Shown here in pieces: positions 10,924-23,872 of a DNA stretch of 64,000 nucleotides. The stretch covers positions 62,001-126,000 of the forward strand of contig VJWM01000265.1 of NCBI GenBank assembly GCA_010909165.1, given 5' to 3'. The translations under genes were made by a program, and so were the position numbers. Within the stretch, counting starts at the first letter, position 1; each line of letters opens with the position of its first letter. This DNA comes from Anthoceros angustus (lineage: Eukaryota > Plantae > Anthocerotophyta). A model generated the notes under the pieces. It saw nothing but the letters and a program-made list of their open reading frames with translations, did no database searches and was not told the origin of the DNA.

Positions 10924-11834
10924 ATTGAATATAAAGAATAGTTATAACCAAAGTAATAACCATGTAATAACCCATGTAATAACCAAAGTCAGAGATGGGG
11001 AGCCCATCCCCATCTCAGTTATAACCAAAGTAATAACCATGTAATAACCCATGTAATAACCAAAGTTAGAGCAGAGAAACAAAATTAGGTGTTCTAAGAT
11101 CGATTGTATATGGGAGCAAGGGTTACCACATTTTTTTCGATATTTAACTTAGTGCACTATTAATCACGTCAATGTCTCAAGAGCTTACACGTCATTGTCC
11201 ATTTGTTTGAAAACCTGAATTATTATAATGTACTTGTTAGAGATAGCTTACATCCCCATTTTATTGCCGCCCCAATCTTGTGCGAGAGTTATTCTGACAG
11301 ACTTCAAATTCTTGTGTATTTTGTATTCATACTCATCTTTAAATATTTTTGTTATAGTGTAACTTTATTAGTGGCTGAAAGTGAGCAACCGTATGAGCAA
11401 CTAGGCACTTGTCTTTTGCAAACGTCCTCCATCCGTCCGGTCGTCCACCCACGCTTGACTATGGAGTTACAAGAAACTCATGCTTATATGTCCAAAGGTG
11501 TTCTTATGGCTTGAACTATTTGTCACCAAAAGTTTGTCAGAGTCTATAAGGGGCATATTAATAGCGTAAGGCTCGTGTAAAGGAAGGCCTGCTCATAATC
11601 CTCAGGCCAAAGGGACGAAAAGATATGCACATAAATGGACAAACTGGAAGGCCTCCTCATCATCCTCCGGCAAAAGGGACACAAAGCTATCTACATAAAT
11701 GGACAAACTGGATTCGCCTTGTGAATGAGACTACCATAAGAGGCTATGGTTTTCAGCATCAATTAACTTATTTTTGGCTTTTACTGAAAATTTTAATTTT
11801 CGGTTTTCCACTGCCTAGTTGGAAGAAAATACCA

Positions 11835-12336
11835 AGGGGGGAGTGCCCAAAAGTAGTGTGAAGTCAAGACGTCGGAGGTAGTACACGCATGCGGGTGATA
11901 TCGTGCCGTAACGGGAATGTGGCTATGGTTGGGGCTATGGCTGCAGATGACGCGAATGCGGCCATGGCTGTGGCTGCAGATGACGAAAATGCGCCTATGG
12001 TTGTGGCTATGGCTAGGATAGAATGGGAATCACCCTTCCAATGTTCAGCTCTTTTGAGTAGCTTGGGGGCAAAAATAGAAACATTGCCGATCGTTGCCAG
12101 AGCTTCTGTTTTCTTAGCCAATTGCTAAACTCGCTCTTCTTTACATACCTATTTGAACTTGGATGTAATCAAAGGTTGGTTAGTGTTAGCCCTCTTTGGT
12201 AAGCAAGTACCTGAACCCAAGAATGAAAATGTTTTGAAGATACTATAGGTAGGTAGTCTTCTAGACCTAAACACTTACACACGATAATATTTGAAGCGGC
12301 TGAATATACGAAGCCGCTTTCAGAAACCCCGGACCA
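11835..12336 (+). mobile_element. Probable retrotransposon 3' end (PPT followed by an LTR remnant)
   Basis: Purine tract AAGGGGGGAG followed directly by TG (11844), with a candidate CA end at CCCCGGACCA. No partner LTR seen. Confidence 0.3.
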
Positions 12337-12654
12337 ATTTCTGATTCACCGTACAGTCCCAAAACAAGTGATTCTTAATGTTCTCGGTTTACACATTTGG
12401 GTCTTGTTACTGTCTCGTCGCGGTTTGGTCCGTGCCTCTAGGTATGGTGCACGGTGCATGTGTGTGGGCGCCGGCATGCTGGCGCCCTAAAAGAAACTCA
12501 ACTTAACTAGTATAAAAACTATAATTGGATCTCGAACTCGCAACCTATGATTCTTAGCCGAGTTTTTTACCACTTTACCAACTTTAGGAGACAACAAAAC
12601 TTTATGATACGCAAATAATGTATACTAATGAAGGTGCTAATATGCTAGCATCCT

Positions 12655-14410
12655 ATGCTCTTATGCTCCCTCCATAGGGCGCCAGCATGCCGGCGTCCTT
12701 GAATAGGTTTTCTGTGAGCGCCAGTGTGCCTGCGTCCGCATTAACACTAGGGCTTACAACCAATTGTCGTGCACCCATGCGCATTATGACTTACATATAT
12801 TAGGCCACGCATCGCTTGCTTGCGCAAGAGAATGAGAAAAAACACACCACCTTTTACACTTCCGATCACGACGCCGCCTTGGTCGCTCACAAAAATAGTG
12901 TCCAACACACAAAAAAACGTATTCAATTGCTATGACCTCCGTAGAAAGATAGTCGCGGCCTACACGGAGTTCGAGAACAGGGAAGAAACTTGGCCGTGTC
13001 ATGTCTCTCTTCACCGTTCCGATTCAAGTGAAATTTACGATCATGAATATTAGGGCATGGGTAATTTCAAATAGCGTGCTTAGAAAACCGTTGAAATTTG
13101 AGAATAATTTTCATGATTTTGAGTTCAAGACTACGATTAGAATAAAGGAATTTTAAACCAAACCACCATCTATCACTTTTACAACACAAACTACCATTGA
13201 AATTTGAGAATAATTTCCATAATTTTGAGTTCAAGACTACGAATTATCAGAATAAGGGAATTTTAAACCAATCCAATCATCTATCACATTTACAACACAA
13301 ACTATGCTCTCATTTCAATCCATATTAACTATTCCCTACACAATAGGAAAAGTTTACTTTTAAAGGGCGCTGACATGCCGGCGCCTTAAAAAGAAGACTT
13401 CAACCCGAGACCTCTTGCTTCCAACTTCTGAGTCTTATCACTTCATTAACTTTTCCCCAGACACATTTTAGGAAGCACAAAGTATATGTTGAAATGCCGG
13501 TGCCCTCATGCCCTCATTCTTCTTCTTCTTCTTCTTTATGCCCTTATGCTCCCTCCATAGGGCCAAAGATGCCGCGTCCTTGAATAGGTTTTCCGTGAGC
13601 GCGGTGCTGCGTCCGCATTAACACTAGGGCTTACAACCAATTGTCGCACCCATGCGCATTATGACTTATATTAGGCCACGATCGCTTGCTTGCAAGAGAA
13701 TGAGAAAAACACCACCTTTACACTTCCGATCACGGCCTTGGTCGCTCACAAAATAGTGTCCAACACACAAAACGTATTCAATTGCTATGACCTCCGTAGA
13801 AAGATAGTCGCGGCCTACACGGAGTTCGAGAACAGGAAGAAACTTGGCCGTGTCATGTCTCTCTTCACCGTTCGATTCAAGTGAAATTTACGATCATGAA
13901 TATTAGGGCATGGGTAATTTCAAATAGCGTGCTTAGAAAACCGTTGAAATTTGAGAATAATTTTCATGATTTTGAGTTCAAGACTACGAATGATTAGAAT
14001 AAAGGAATTTTAAACCAAACCAGTCATCTATCACTTTTACAACACAAACTACCATTGAAATTTGAGAATAATTTCCATAATTTTGAGTTCAAGACTACGA
14101 ATTATCAGAATAAGGGAATTTTAAACCAATCCAATCATCTATCACATTTACAACACAAACTATGCTCTCATTTCAATCCATATTAACTATTCCCTACACA
14201 ATAGGAAAAGTTTACTTTTAAAGGGCGCTGACATGCCGGCGCCTTAAAAAGAAGACTTCAACCCGAGACCTCTTGCTTCCAACTTCTGAGTCTTATCACT
14301 TCATTAACTTTTCCCCAGACACATTTTAGGAAGCACAAAGTATATGTTGAAATGCCGGTGCCCTCATGCCCTCATTCTTCTTCTTCTTCTTCTTTATGCC
14401 CTTATGCTCG
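12655..14410. repeat. Tandem duplication of ~870-890 bp of non-coding DNA with GGCGCCGGCATGCCGGCGCC-type palindromes
   Basis: 12655-13540 is repeated at 13540-14410. Confidence 0.9.
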
Positions 14411-15377
14411 CCCATACTCCTTGTTTTTGATAGCCAGGTAGGAGAAGCCATCACGATTCAGGTGATTTCTTAGCCACTAGCCTAGGGTGTCTAACCGATG
14501 TTGAGCATTCCGGAGAAGCCATTACGGTTCAGGTAGTTTCTCAGTAGAAGGAGGATGTTTGTCCGACGTCCAGCAGTCATTGCCAAAGGCCATGAATCTT
14601 GGGCGCCGGCATGCCGGCGCCCAAGGCACGTCGCCTTTGGGCATGACTTGGGCGCGGCAAGCTGGTGCCTAGGTGTGTCACTTACGACGTGTTTAGGGTC
14701 TTCACGCCCTCGGCTGTTGTACACAACGACATCGACCATGTCTTGATTGGATGTATAGCACGAATATAGAAATAGCCGTATGCATTCCCTTCAATGCTGC
14801 TGCAGAGATGGTCGCCCATGTTCATTTACTGTTTTTTAACGAATGGCATGCACTAATGACATGGGCATCACTTCCATTGAAAACAATGGTCTACTTGTAG
14901 GTCAAACCCTTCGTCTACCACTGTAAGCCGCTAAAAGATATAAAATTCTCTACGACACCCTAATTGTGTGCCTTCTTCTGCAGGGTATACTCAAATACGT
15001 ATTTCAATGCCCATTGAAAACCCCGTTTCGCGTATATTCACGTCAAAAGCTGCTTGATGTATATTCAGCCACTTCAAATATTATGCTGTTCTTAGTTGAG
15101 TTTGAAGGATTTATTAGTTTAATTTATAAATATAGCTTAAAATATAAACTAATGTTTTACATACCTTTGAAACAAAAAGCAAGGTTATTCAGGGAATTAG
15201 GCACTTATGTACAAAATTCCCAATTCAAGAAAAATATTCTACTTTTCTTGACTGGACTCTCCTCATGAATGAGACTAGGCAAACAAGACACTTCCAATAC
15301 CGGCTCTTTTGGTCCGTACGGTTTGATTTCTCACATTATTATTGTGCGGTTCTTCATTTGTCTATCTAGAGTGGGAG

Positions 15378-15391
15378 CACTACTAGGAAAA
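15378..15391 (+). mobile_element. CACTA (EnSpm) terminal inverted repeat, left end
   Basis: CACTACTAGGAAAA followed by subterminal TTTACAAY repeats. Confidence 0.5.
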
Positions 15392-17739
15392 TAGCCACTT
15401 TACAATGGAAAGGTACAACGGCATTTACAATGCCTGCACTACATCCATAATAGAAATCCTCGTAGTAAACACACCTCAGTAATATCCGAACTAAAAGTAC
15501 GTATCAGTGTATGGTGGCTATATGCTGTATTTTCTATGGTATTGTCCATGGTATACGGTGGACAACTTAATTGGTTATTCCGTATACCGGCTAAACTTTA
15601 CAACGAAACCCCTTTACTGCGGACATTACTATGATGCACTTACAACGCGTTTTACAACTTCAATAACCCTGGTTAATATACTAGAGTTGAGTCATCAAGG
15701 TTACTTAGCTATACTTTATTAACTGGGGTTAAGTAACTGGTTTTTGATAACCACATACTAATCTGAGTTAATTAACCGTGGTCCATTGTAAAGTTATTGA
15801 GTTACAATGAAACCAGATTGTTGTAAAATCTATGAAGGTCTTTTGTAAAAAAAACCCTCTAATGCCATAATAGCAGAGCCTACTACACCCTACATCCTAC
15901 AATAGATTAATATAACACCCATGGCCTCCACCTGACAATAGCTTAGCCAACACTCCTGCACAATTTTTAAGTTCAACTGCAAGAAGACAACCCACATAAC
16001 AAGATGAGCTCAAACAATTGCTAATGAAGCTCACAAGAAATTTGGGTGGGAGTCAGAGCATCATAGCATGAAGTATGTTGAGGCTTTCTTTGCCTTTTTT
16101 GCAATTGTTCAAGGAAGAAAATGCTCCACTACGAAGCCTTCATCCCTGACCTGGAGGCTCCTTTGCGGGTTGCACCTTTGCTGGTCCCTTCTCATGTGTA
16201 TTGTTTGGTGCTATGTCCCTCCTTGCCTGATCAACCTCCTCTCCTCCAGCCTCCTCAGCAACTTACGTGGCTGAGTGCGCTTGCTCATCATCTATCGAAA
16301 TGGAAAAATCCTTCCTTGCCTCAAGGTCGGTCCTAAGCACTTGTGAGCAGAGATTCTGGCAAGCCCTGCATGGCATACACCCATTTCAGCATGTCGGCCT
16401 TCCCACTCTTTGACAATCGAAAAGGGTGCTCGAGGTTCCCGAATGAAGTGATATCATCCGCTTTGCACGCATCAGACGTTCCAAAACGCTCATGCAGGCC
16501 CTTGAGTAACCTCCCATACCTTCCTGGAGTCGAATAGGGATGTGGTTCTTTGGGCGCATTTTCTGTTGGAAGGACTTCATCCTCGTTATCGAGGTAAGGT
16601 GCACACTGGACCTAGTGAAATTTGTTCTCCTCATCCTCGTCCTCTTGCCGCTTTGACTCTTTAACAAGAGTTGAAGCCAAGACCTCGGCATCCCCCGTTT
16701 GTGGCCGTCCCTTGGGAGATCTGGTTATCGGCCCTCTTGACCAAGCTCTCCTCTACACGCTTGGGTCCTTCTCTCCCACCTCGTATTGGCCTCGCCAAGC
16801 CATCTGCACCAGCCCCAGAAAGTGCCAGGCGATCGCCATCATCCTTTAGGACCCAATCTGCAAGGTTCTAAACGAGAATGACAATTAATCCATCCAACAA
16901 TAATAAGAATTTTCAGTAATTATATTTTTATTTCTTATTTAATAATAAAACATTTGTTTGGGTGCTCAATGATCTGTTTATGTAATGTCAGGCCAAAGAT
17001 TCGAACCCTAGACTTTGTGCAGTATAGTTTGGTAAGTGAGCCTTACACCAAAGCGGCCCTCCTAATATCCAATCAATGGATTCTTGTTCACTATTGTTTT
17101 TCCTACATGCGGGTGACGGCCTCATGGCCGCGCCGCCCGGTGAGGAGTAGGCACCACTTCCGGAGCAGCACGGTGAGAAAGAGGCACAAGCGCGCCGTTG
17201 GGCATGGGTCATGAGGATGAGGCATGTTTATGCATCTAGTATACCATATGTAGATAGAGAATGGATGGGCCATCCAGTAAGGGCTTGCATCTTGCATCGA
17301 TGTGATGGGACCCACCACCTCCTATCTGTCCTCATTTGCCTGCCACGCGAACGCGTGCGGAGAAGCCCGATATTACAGATATTACTTTTACTTGGAGGAT
17401 CTCTACGCGGGCTTCCAACGGAGCTCAAGTGAATTGCATGTACATGGTATGTTTAGGTTGTTGCAATGCACGTAACAATTTTGACGTCTTCCTTTCTCAA
17501 GTGTCGACCATCCCGTTATCCAATTTGATGTTTGTTCAACTTGCCATGGATGCTTGAACGGCATCACTATAACATCTTGGCGCATTTCCTATGTCAAAGC
17601 CTTGGCGTCTAAGAAACAAAAACAAACAGTGAAGGACCAGCGAAACTGCCGCAAGCGCCTCGCTGATCAACGAGCTCAAGATTCCACCGGCAACACCACA
17701 CATGGGGCCCGCCTATTCGTCGTTTGCTTGAATGTTACC

Positions 17740-20700
17740 CTTGACTCTCACATGTGGTCTGTTGATTCAGGGGTCACTCAGCATATGACCGGCCGGCGGG
17801 AATGGTTTACCTCCTTCGAGCCGAACACCATTGAGAGCTTTGTTTATCTCGGTGATGACACACGTCGTGCTATCCGTTGCTCCGGCACTGTGGCCATCAT
17901 CTTGCCCAACTCTCAGATGCGGGAGCTTCATAATGTGCTCTATGTCCCACACTTGAGTAAGAACCTCGTATCGATTAGGCAGGCGCTCGAAGCTGGCTAT
18001 ACTTTTACGTTTGCTCCTAACAAGTGCTCCATCTTCAACGCCTCTCGCCAACTTATTACCGTCTGCCAACGGATCGGGCGGCTATTTGTCATAGGCACTA
18101 GCCCCCCTTATCAGCAGCATGAGGTTCTCTCCCGGCTGCAGCAGGGGAGCTTGTCTCACCTTGACTTTTAGTTCCTTGGTGTCCTCTCCCTTAGCAGATC
18201 TATGGCACCTTAGGCTGGGTCATGCCGGCACACAACGGATGAAGGCTTTGGCTCAAGATGATTACGTCTTGGGTCTCCCTCTCAAATCCATCTCAAACCT
18301 TTCCTTTTGTCGCAGCTAAGCTTTTGGCAAGCAGCAGCGTAAGCCATTCCATGTCGGTTCCTATAGAAGCCCTCACCCCCTTGGTCTAGTCCACACCGAT
18401 TTGCTAGGCCCTATGCAAACACCCTCTCTCCATGGGTCTCTCTACCAAGTTCGCTTCATTGATGATCACACCCGCTTCGGCTGGATATATTTTTTGTCGG
18501 CCAAGTCCGACACTTTCTCCACCTTTGTCTCTTGGCAATCAGAGGTGAAAACTCAACTTGGTAGCAAGCTTAAGATCCTTCGGAGCGATGGCGGGGGGGA
18601 GTTCGACTCCACCACCTTTGGCACTCAGTGCTGGCTACATGGGATCATCCGTCAGACTACTATGCCTTATACCCCCGAGTAGAACGAGGTTGCTGTGCGC
18701 TGCCACCGTACTCAAGTGGAGATGGGTCGATCTATGTTGCACCATGCTTCTCTTTCTAACCATTTTTGGGTTGAGACTTTGAATACAGCTAATTATCTTC
18801 TCAATCGCCTCCCCACTAAGGCTGTTGACGGGAAGACCCTTTATGAAGCATGGACTGGCCGTAAGCCTGACCTTAGTCATCTCCGTATTTTTGGCTGCCC
18901 TGCTTTTGTTCATGTTCCTAAGGCCTTGCGGCAGAAGCTCGATTCCAAGTCCAAGGAAGGCATTCTCCTCGACTATGGCACCGTCAAGGCCTACCAGATA
19001 TACTTGAAGGACTCTCGGCATCTCATTTTTGCTCGTGATGTCATCTTTAACGAGGAGCCCCTCCTCATTTCCCCTATTGCCAGGAGAGATGTACCTACCC
19101 TTACTCCTGCCACTCCTTCCACCTCTCAAGCTCCTCTTTCTTCCCTGCCCTCCAGCAGCGAGGACTCGGACCTTGACTTTGGTGGCTCCTTTCTCCTCCC
19201 TGCAGAAGAGGTATCTCACCCCCCTGATTCACCTCCCCCTGCAGATGGACCTCCAGCACTTTGGCGCTCGACTAGGGAGCGGACCCTTAGCAGGAAGGCA
19301 CTTGAGAACCTTTAACAAACTCAGTGGACTTCTAACAAACAGGCTACCAACGTGGCCACATCTACTCCTATTCAAGTTCCGCATTCTACCTTAGAAATAT
19401 TGGAGCCTACCACACTCGCAGCCGCTTTGTCTAGGCCACAAGCAGCTGAATGGAAGAAGGCCGTTGATGATGAGTTTCAGTCATTGCAAGATAACAAGAC
19501 ATGGCGTCTCTGGGATTTGCCACCTGGCAGGTCCGCAGTCAGCAACAAGTGGACTTTCAAGATCAAGTACACAGCTGACGGCGCCATTGACCGTTACAAG
19601 GCAAGACTTGTGGCATAAGGTTACACTCAACACGCAGGGGATGACTATGATGCAGGCAATCTTTTCTCCCATGTCGTCTAGACTAGTTCACTATGTGTTA
19701 TTCTTGCTTGTACTACTTTTCATGTTTGGGAGGTGGTACAGCTTGACGTCAAGACGGTATTTCTATATGGGAAGTTGCGAGAAGAGATATACATGCGTCA
19801 ACCCGAAGGTTATGAGGAAAAAGGCAATGAACATCTCGTGTGTTTGCTGGAGCGCAACATCTATGGCCTTAAGCAATCAACTAAGAATTGGAACGTCTAC
19901 ATGGACGACTTCTTCTTGGCATGTGGATTCACCAAGTGCCCATCCGATGGTAATATGTACATTCTCCGATCGGGGGATGCTCTTGTTATCCTCGCCTTAT
20001 ACGTGGTTGACTACATCTTTGCTAGCAATGATAAGCAAGGGCTGCTCAAGTGCTAAGACCATCCTCATGCTCAAGTCTAAATTCAGCATGGTTGACTTGG
20101 GTGATATTCATTATTGCATTGGGATGAAGGTCACTCGTGACTGTGCACTTAGAACCTTGCATCTCACTCAAATGCAATATATTAAGAACACACTAACTCG
20201 CTTCAATGTGCTAGAATGCAAACCAGCACCTACCCCGCTCGCCGTCGGGGCACCCTTGAACTCTAACCAGGCTCCCAAAACCGATGAGGAGAGCGAGTAC
20301 ATGGAGACCATTCCCTATGAAGAAGCAGTGGGGCGCATTAATTGGATTTGTTCTAATATGCATCCTGATATCATGTACTTGCTCAGTAGATGCATATGGC
20401 AAACCCAAGACCCGCACATTGGTCAGCCCTTAAGCGCACTTTGCGCTACCTTAAGGGGGCTATGGCCTACAAACTCAAATACCATGGACCCCATGAAGGA
20501 AATGCAGGTCCAGCCTCCTTTCCTCAACTCTCCGCCTATACCGACGCGGATTGGGGGGGAGACGTGGACTCCAAGAAATCCACATTAGGATATGCCTTGA
20601 TGCTCTGCGACGTCGCCATTGATTGGGGATCCAAGCGGCAAACCGCCATAACACTCTCTTCCACCGATTCCGAGTACATGGCGGCAACGCTTGCTACCAA

Positions 20701-21173
20701 GCACGTTATTGACTGCATCCAGCTCCTTGATGAACTTCGTATGGTGCAGGAGAAGCCAGTGTTCATCAAGATAGATAACCAATCCGCTCTCGCTCTTGCC
20801 GGCAACCCGAAATTCAATTCTAGGTCCAAGCACATTGATCTCCAATACCACTATGTGCGTGAGAAATGTGCAGCAGGGGACATATGTCTTGAGAACTGCC
20901 CAACATAGCTTATGGGGGCAGATATCTTGACCCAGAACGTGCCTCGTGATAAACACTTAGCTTGCGTAGTTCTTCTAGGCATTAGTGGTCTCCCTTACCA
21001 CGCAAGTAAGCAAGCCTAACATATTTAGCCGAAGGAAGAGTATTAGAATATCAGTCTAGTTTAATTAAGCAACCCCTACACTCCAAGAGTCTCACCCTTT
21101 CGGGTGAATATATGACATGTTTTAACCCAAGTACAACACCTAATGAATCGACTCTCTCTTCATGTTTACAGCA
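17740..21173 (+). mobile_element. Ty1/copia retrotransposon, 5'-truncated and decayed (PR-INT-RT-RH, PPT and probable short 3' LTR)
   Basis: PR WSVDSGVTQHM; LWHLRLGH; INT FIDDHTR/LRSDGGGEF; RT RYKARLVA, QLDVKTVFL, YGLKQS, LYVVD; RH YTDADWGG, RSKHIDLQYH. Several in-frame stops. Purine tract GAAGGAAGAG at 21031-21040. Confidence 0.93.
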
Positions 21174-21364
21174 TCACATCCGCTAATCTCATACAACCGG
21201 GGGAAAGAGGAACAGCACTCCTGTCAGCCATTGGACTCACCTGAATAAAAAATGTGTAGAGAAGGAAGCGGCAGAGTCGCAGCGTCCACTAAAGTCTGTC
21301 CATCCGGGCCTCCGGTTCAGTCCGACAGTCCAGGCCAGGGGCGGTTCGAGTCGTGGAGATCGCA

Positions 21365-23008
21365 ATGGGAGCTCCAACAACGCGAGTGCTGGAATTCTTC
21401 TTCCTCCTGTGCCAGATTTCTGTTCTGCTCTTGATCCACGTCCCGCTGATCGCGAGTCTGCAAGGCTATAATTTGGAATGCCCGGCGGCGATTTTCGGCC
21501 TTGGAGACTCTCTGACGGACACCGGGGAGTTGCTGCGAGCGTTCCCGTCGCCGGTGTTGTTGCTATCAGGAAACCCGCCTTACGGCAGCACGTTTCCTGG
21601 CTACCCGACTGGCCGCTACGGTGATGGCAAGCTCCTGATCGACTTCATCGGTGAGTGAAGCTGGCGCATTGACTTCATCTGGGTACGTCGTTGCCTGATG
21701 ATCGGATCAATTGCCAATGCCGGTTGTGGGTTGCACGGACTGTGCAGCCGAGGGGGTCGGTCTTCCCCTTCTCGATCCTTATTTCAAAAATCTTGGAGCT
21801 GAGCATACGCAGGGAGTGAACTTCGCTGCCGCGGGATCCACTGCTCGGAACACTCCGGAACCTGTGCCATTCTTCCTTGCTTTCCAGGTGGACCAGGCAG
21901 TCTTTTTCCACTCGACATGTCTCGCAAGCTTCGAAGGGCTGTTGTTCCCACCCTCAGGTTACGAGGGATTGATCATCTTTACTGCCTTGCAGCTTTGTGT
22001 ATCCGTTTAGGTTACGTCTTAACTGCTGCTACTGTCTCCGTGCAGCGCCCAGCCCTTCTTCCTTCACTCGCCGCGGCCTCTACTACATCACATCGGGCGG
22101 AGATGACATCCTCTTGCCCCTCGCGCTCGGAGGCACCGTCGCCCAGCTTGCAATTCCAACCATCAAAGCTGTGATCATACCGGAAGTTGTTTCCAACATT
22201 TCCGCAGCCGTCACTGTAAGTAATGTCTGCAGGTCTTGCGGGCTTTAGCTGTTGCAGTTTCTGTAGGAGCTTCCTGGAGAATTCTCGAGTTCTGAAGGGA
22301 AGAGAAGTGCCTGAAAGATTTCAGGATGCCTCCGGAACTGAGTGTTGAGTGTGATAAAACCTTTGTGGTTGCGTCTCCATGGCAGCGACTGTACCAAGAG
22401 ATTGGAGCCAGGCAGTTTGTGGTGTGGGGCATTTCCCCTGTGGGATGCACCCCTGCTCTTCTGACTTTGCTGCAAACAGTTCCTGAGGCTGGTCCGCTCG
22501 ATGAGCTCGGATGCCTGGCAGGCATCAATCGCCTTGCCCAGGAATTAAACTCGCAACTGGCAACAGGCATTCAAGGGCTGAGACAGAACCTTCCAGATGC
22601 CATCATCATCCTTGTCGACTTCTACAACATCACGCTCAACATCACAACTCATTATCGAGACCACGGTAAGAGATCGCATTGCTCCAGTCCGGAAATTCCT
22701 GGAAGTAAATGAACGGAAGGCAGGTTCGATGCAAATATCTGTAACGTTTCTTGGCTTTCTGTGCAGGATTTAAGGAGCAGCTGAAGGCGTGCTGCGGCTC
22801 GCCCACAGGCCCCTACGGCTACAACTACGACCCAACCGCTCAATGCGGGATGCCTGGGGCAAATTTTTCTGTGTGCGATAAGCCTGCAGAGTATATCAGC
22901 TGGGATGGAGTTCACTACACACAGGCGTTTTACAAGCTTATCGCGGAGGCTGTCCTGAGTGGACAGATCTTGGATCCGCCAATCCCAATATCCTCCCTGT
23001 GTAAATAG
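21365..23008 (+). CDS. GDSL esterase/lipase 2 (paralog of gene 1; 5 exons; block III reads GGDD)
   Basis: GDSLTDTG, GVNFAAAGS, SGGDD and WDGVHYT; same intron positions as 4457-6108. Confidence 0.9.
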
Positions 23009-23872
23009 TCCAGATGCATACCGGATGTAAAGCAAGAAACAATGCATTTCTGCTTTTCCTTTCAAGGTTTTGTACGCCTATAACAAGGTTTAGAAGTTCA
23101 AATGTGGCATGCTGGGGCGGGACTGAGTCCAATGTTGTAAGCCTGATCGGCCCCTGATGTTATACGGCAGAGGTGCCTCTATGTAAGGCAATCACCATGA
23201 TCTCTAATTGATCCTAGCCAACAGGCCACTGTCGGCTGGTAATATCCCTTCTAACGATTTTGAGGCTAGACCAGCCCAAAGCAAGAAGCCTGAAAAGGAG
23301 AAAAGTCTATTTTAGAGAAGAAGTCTATTATAGTCGGGATTTTCTGACATGGGACTTCGTATTTAACAACTACCTAATCCATCTAATCTATGCATGATCT
23401 CCCCGCCTTCTTCATTTCTCGTTTTAATGCAAAACAGGTGGTGAAATGGGATTGAAGATTCTCGTGGGAAGGGATTCTTATAAGTGTGTCCATTTGGAAA
23501 TACATTCTTATTATTATGTTTTGCACATTCTTGAAGCTTCAATCCTCATAGAAGCGGTACATACATACCGTATGCGAGATACTGGAGCCAGGCAGTTGAT
23601 TGAAATTCAACGAAGCGCTACGTCCATCCATAAGGATATGGCATCTTCCCATGTCTGTATGGATGTGGCATCATCCCAGGTGTAGAAAAGTGTATAAAAT
23701 GTGGCATCTTTCCCAGGGATAAAGGGAGAGCTGCATCTTGCTGCAAGTATGCTTGTAGCATGAAGTCCGAAGTTTGCCGAAGTTGCTTAGAGGGTGGTCA
23801 CAAGCGCATGAAGTCCGAAGTTGCCGAAGTCGCTTAGAGGGGTGGTCACAAGCACATGAATTCCGAAGTTGC

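Noticed and set aside
16050-16880. Possible minus-strand coding remnant after the CACTA end
   Set aside because: No recognisable domain and several stops.
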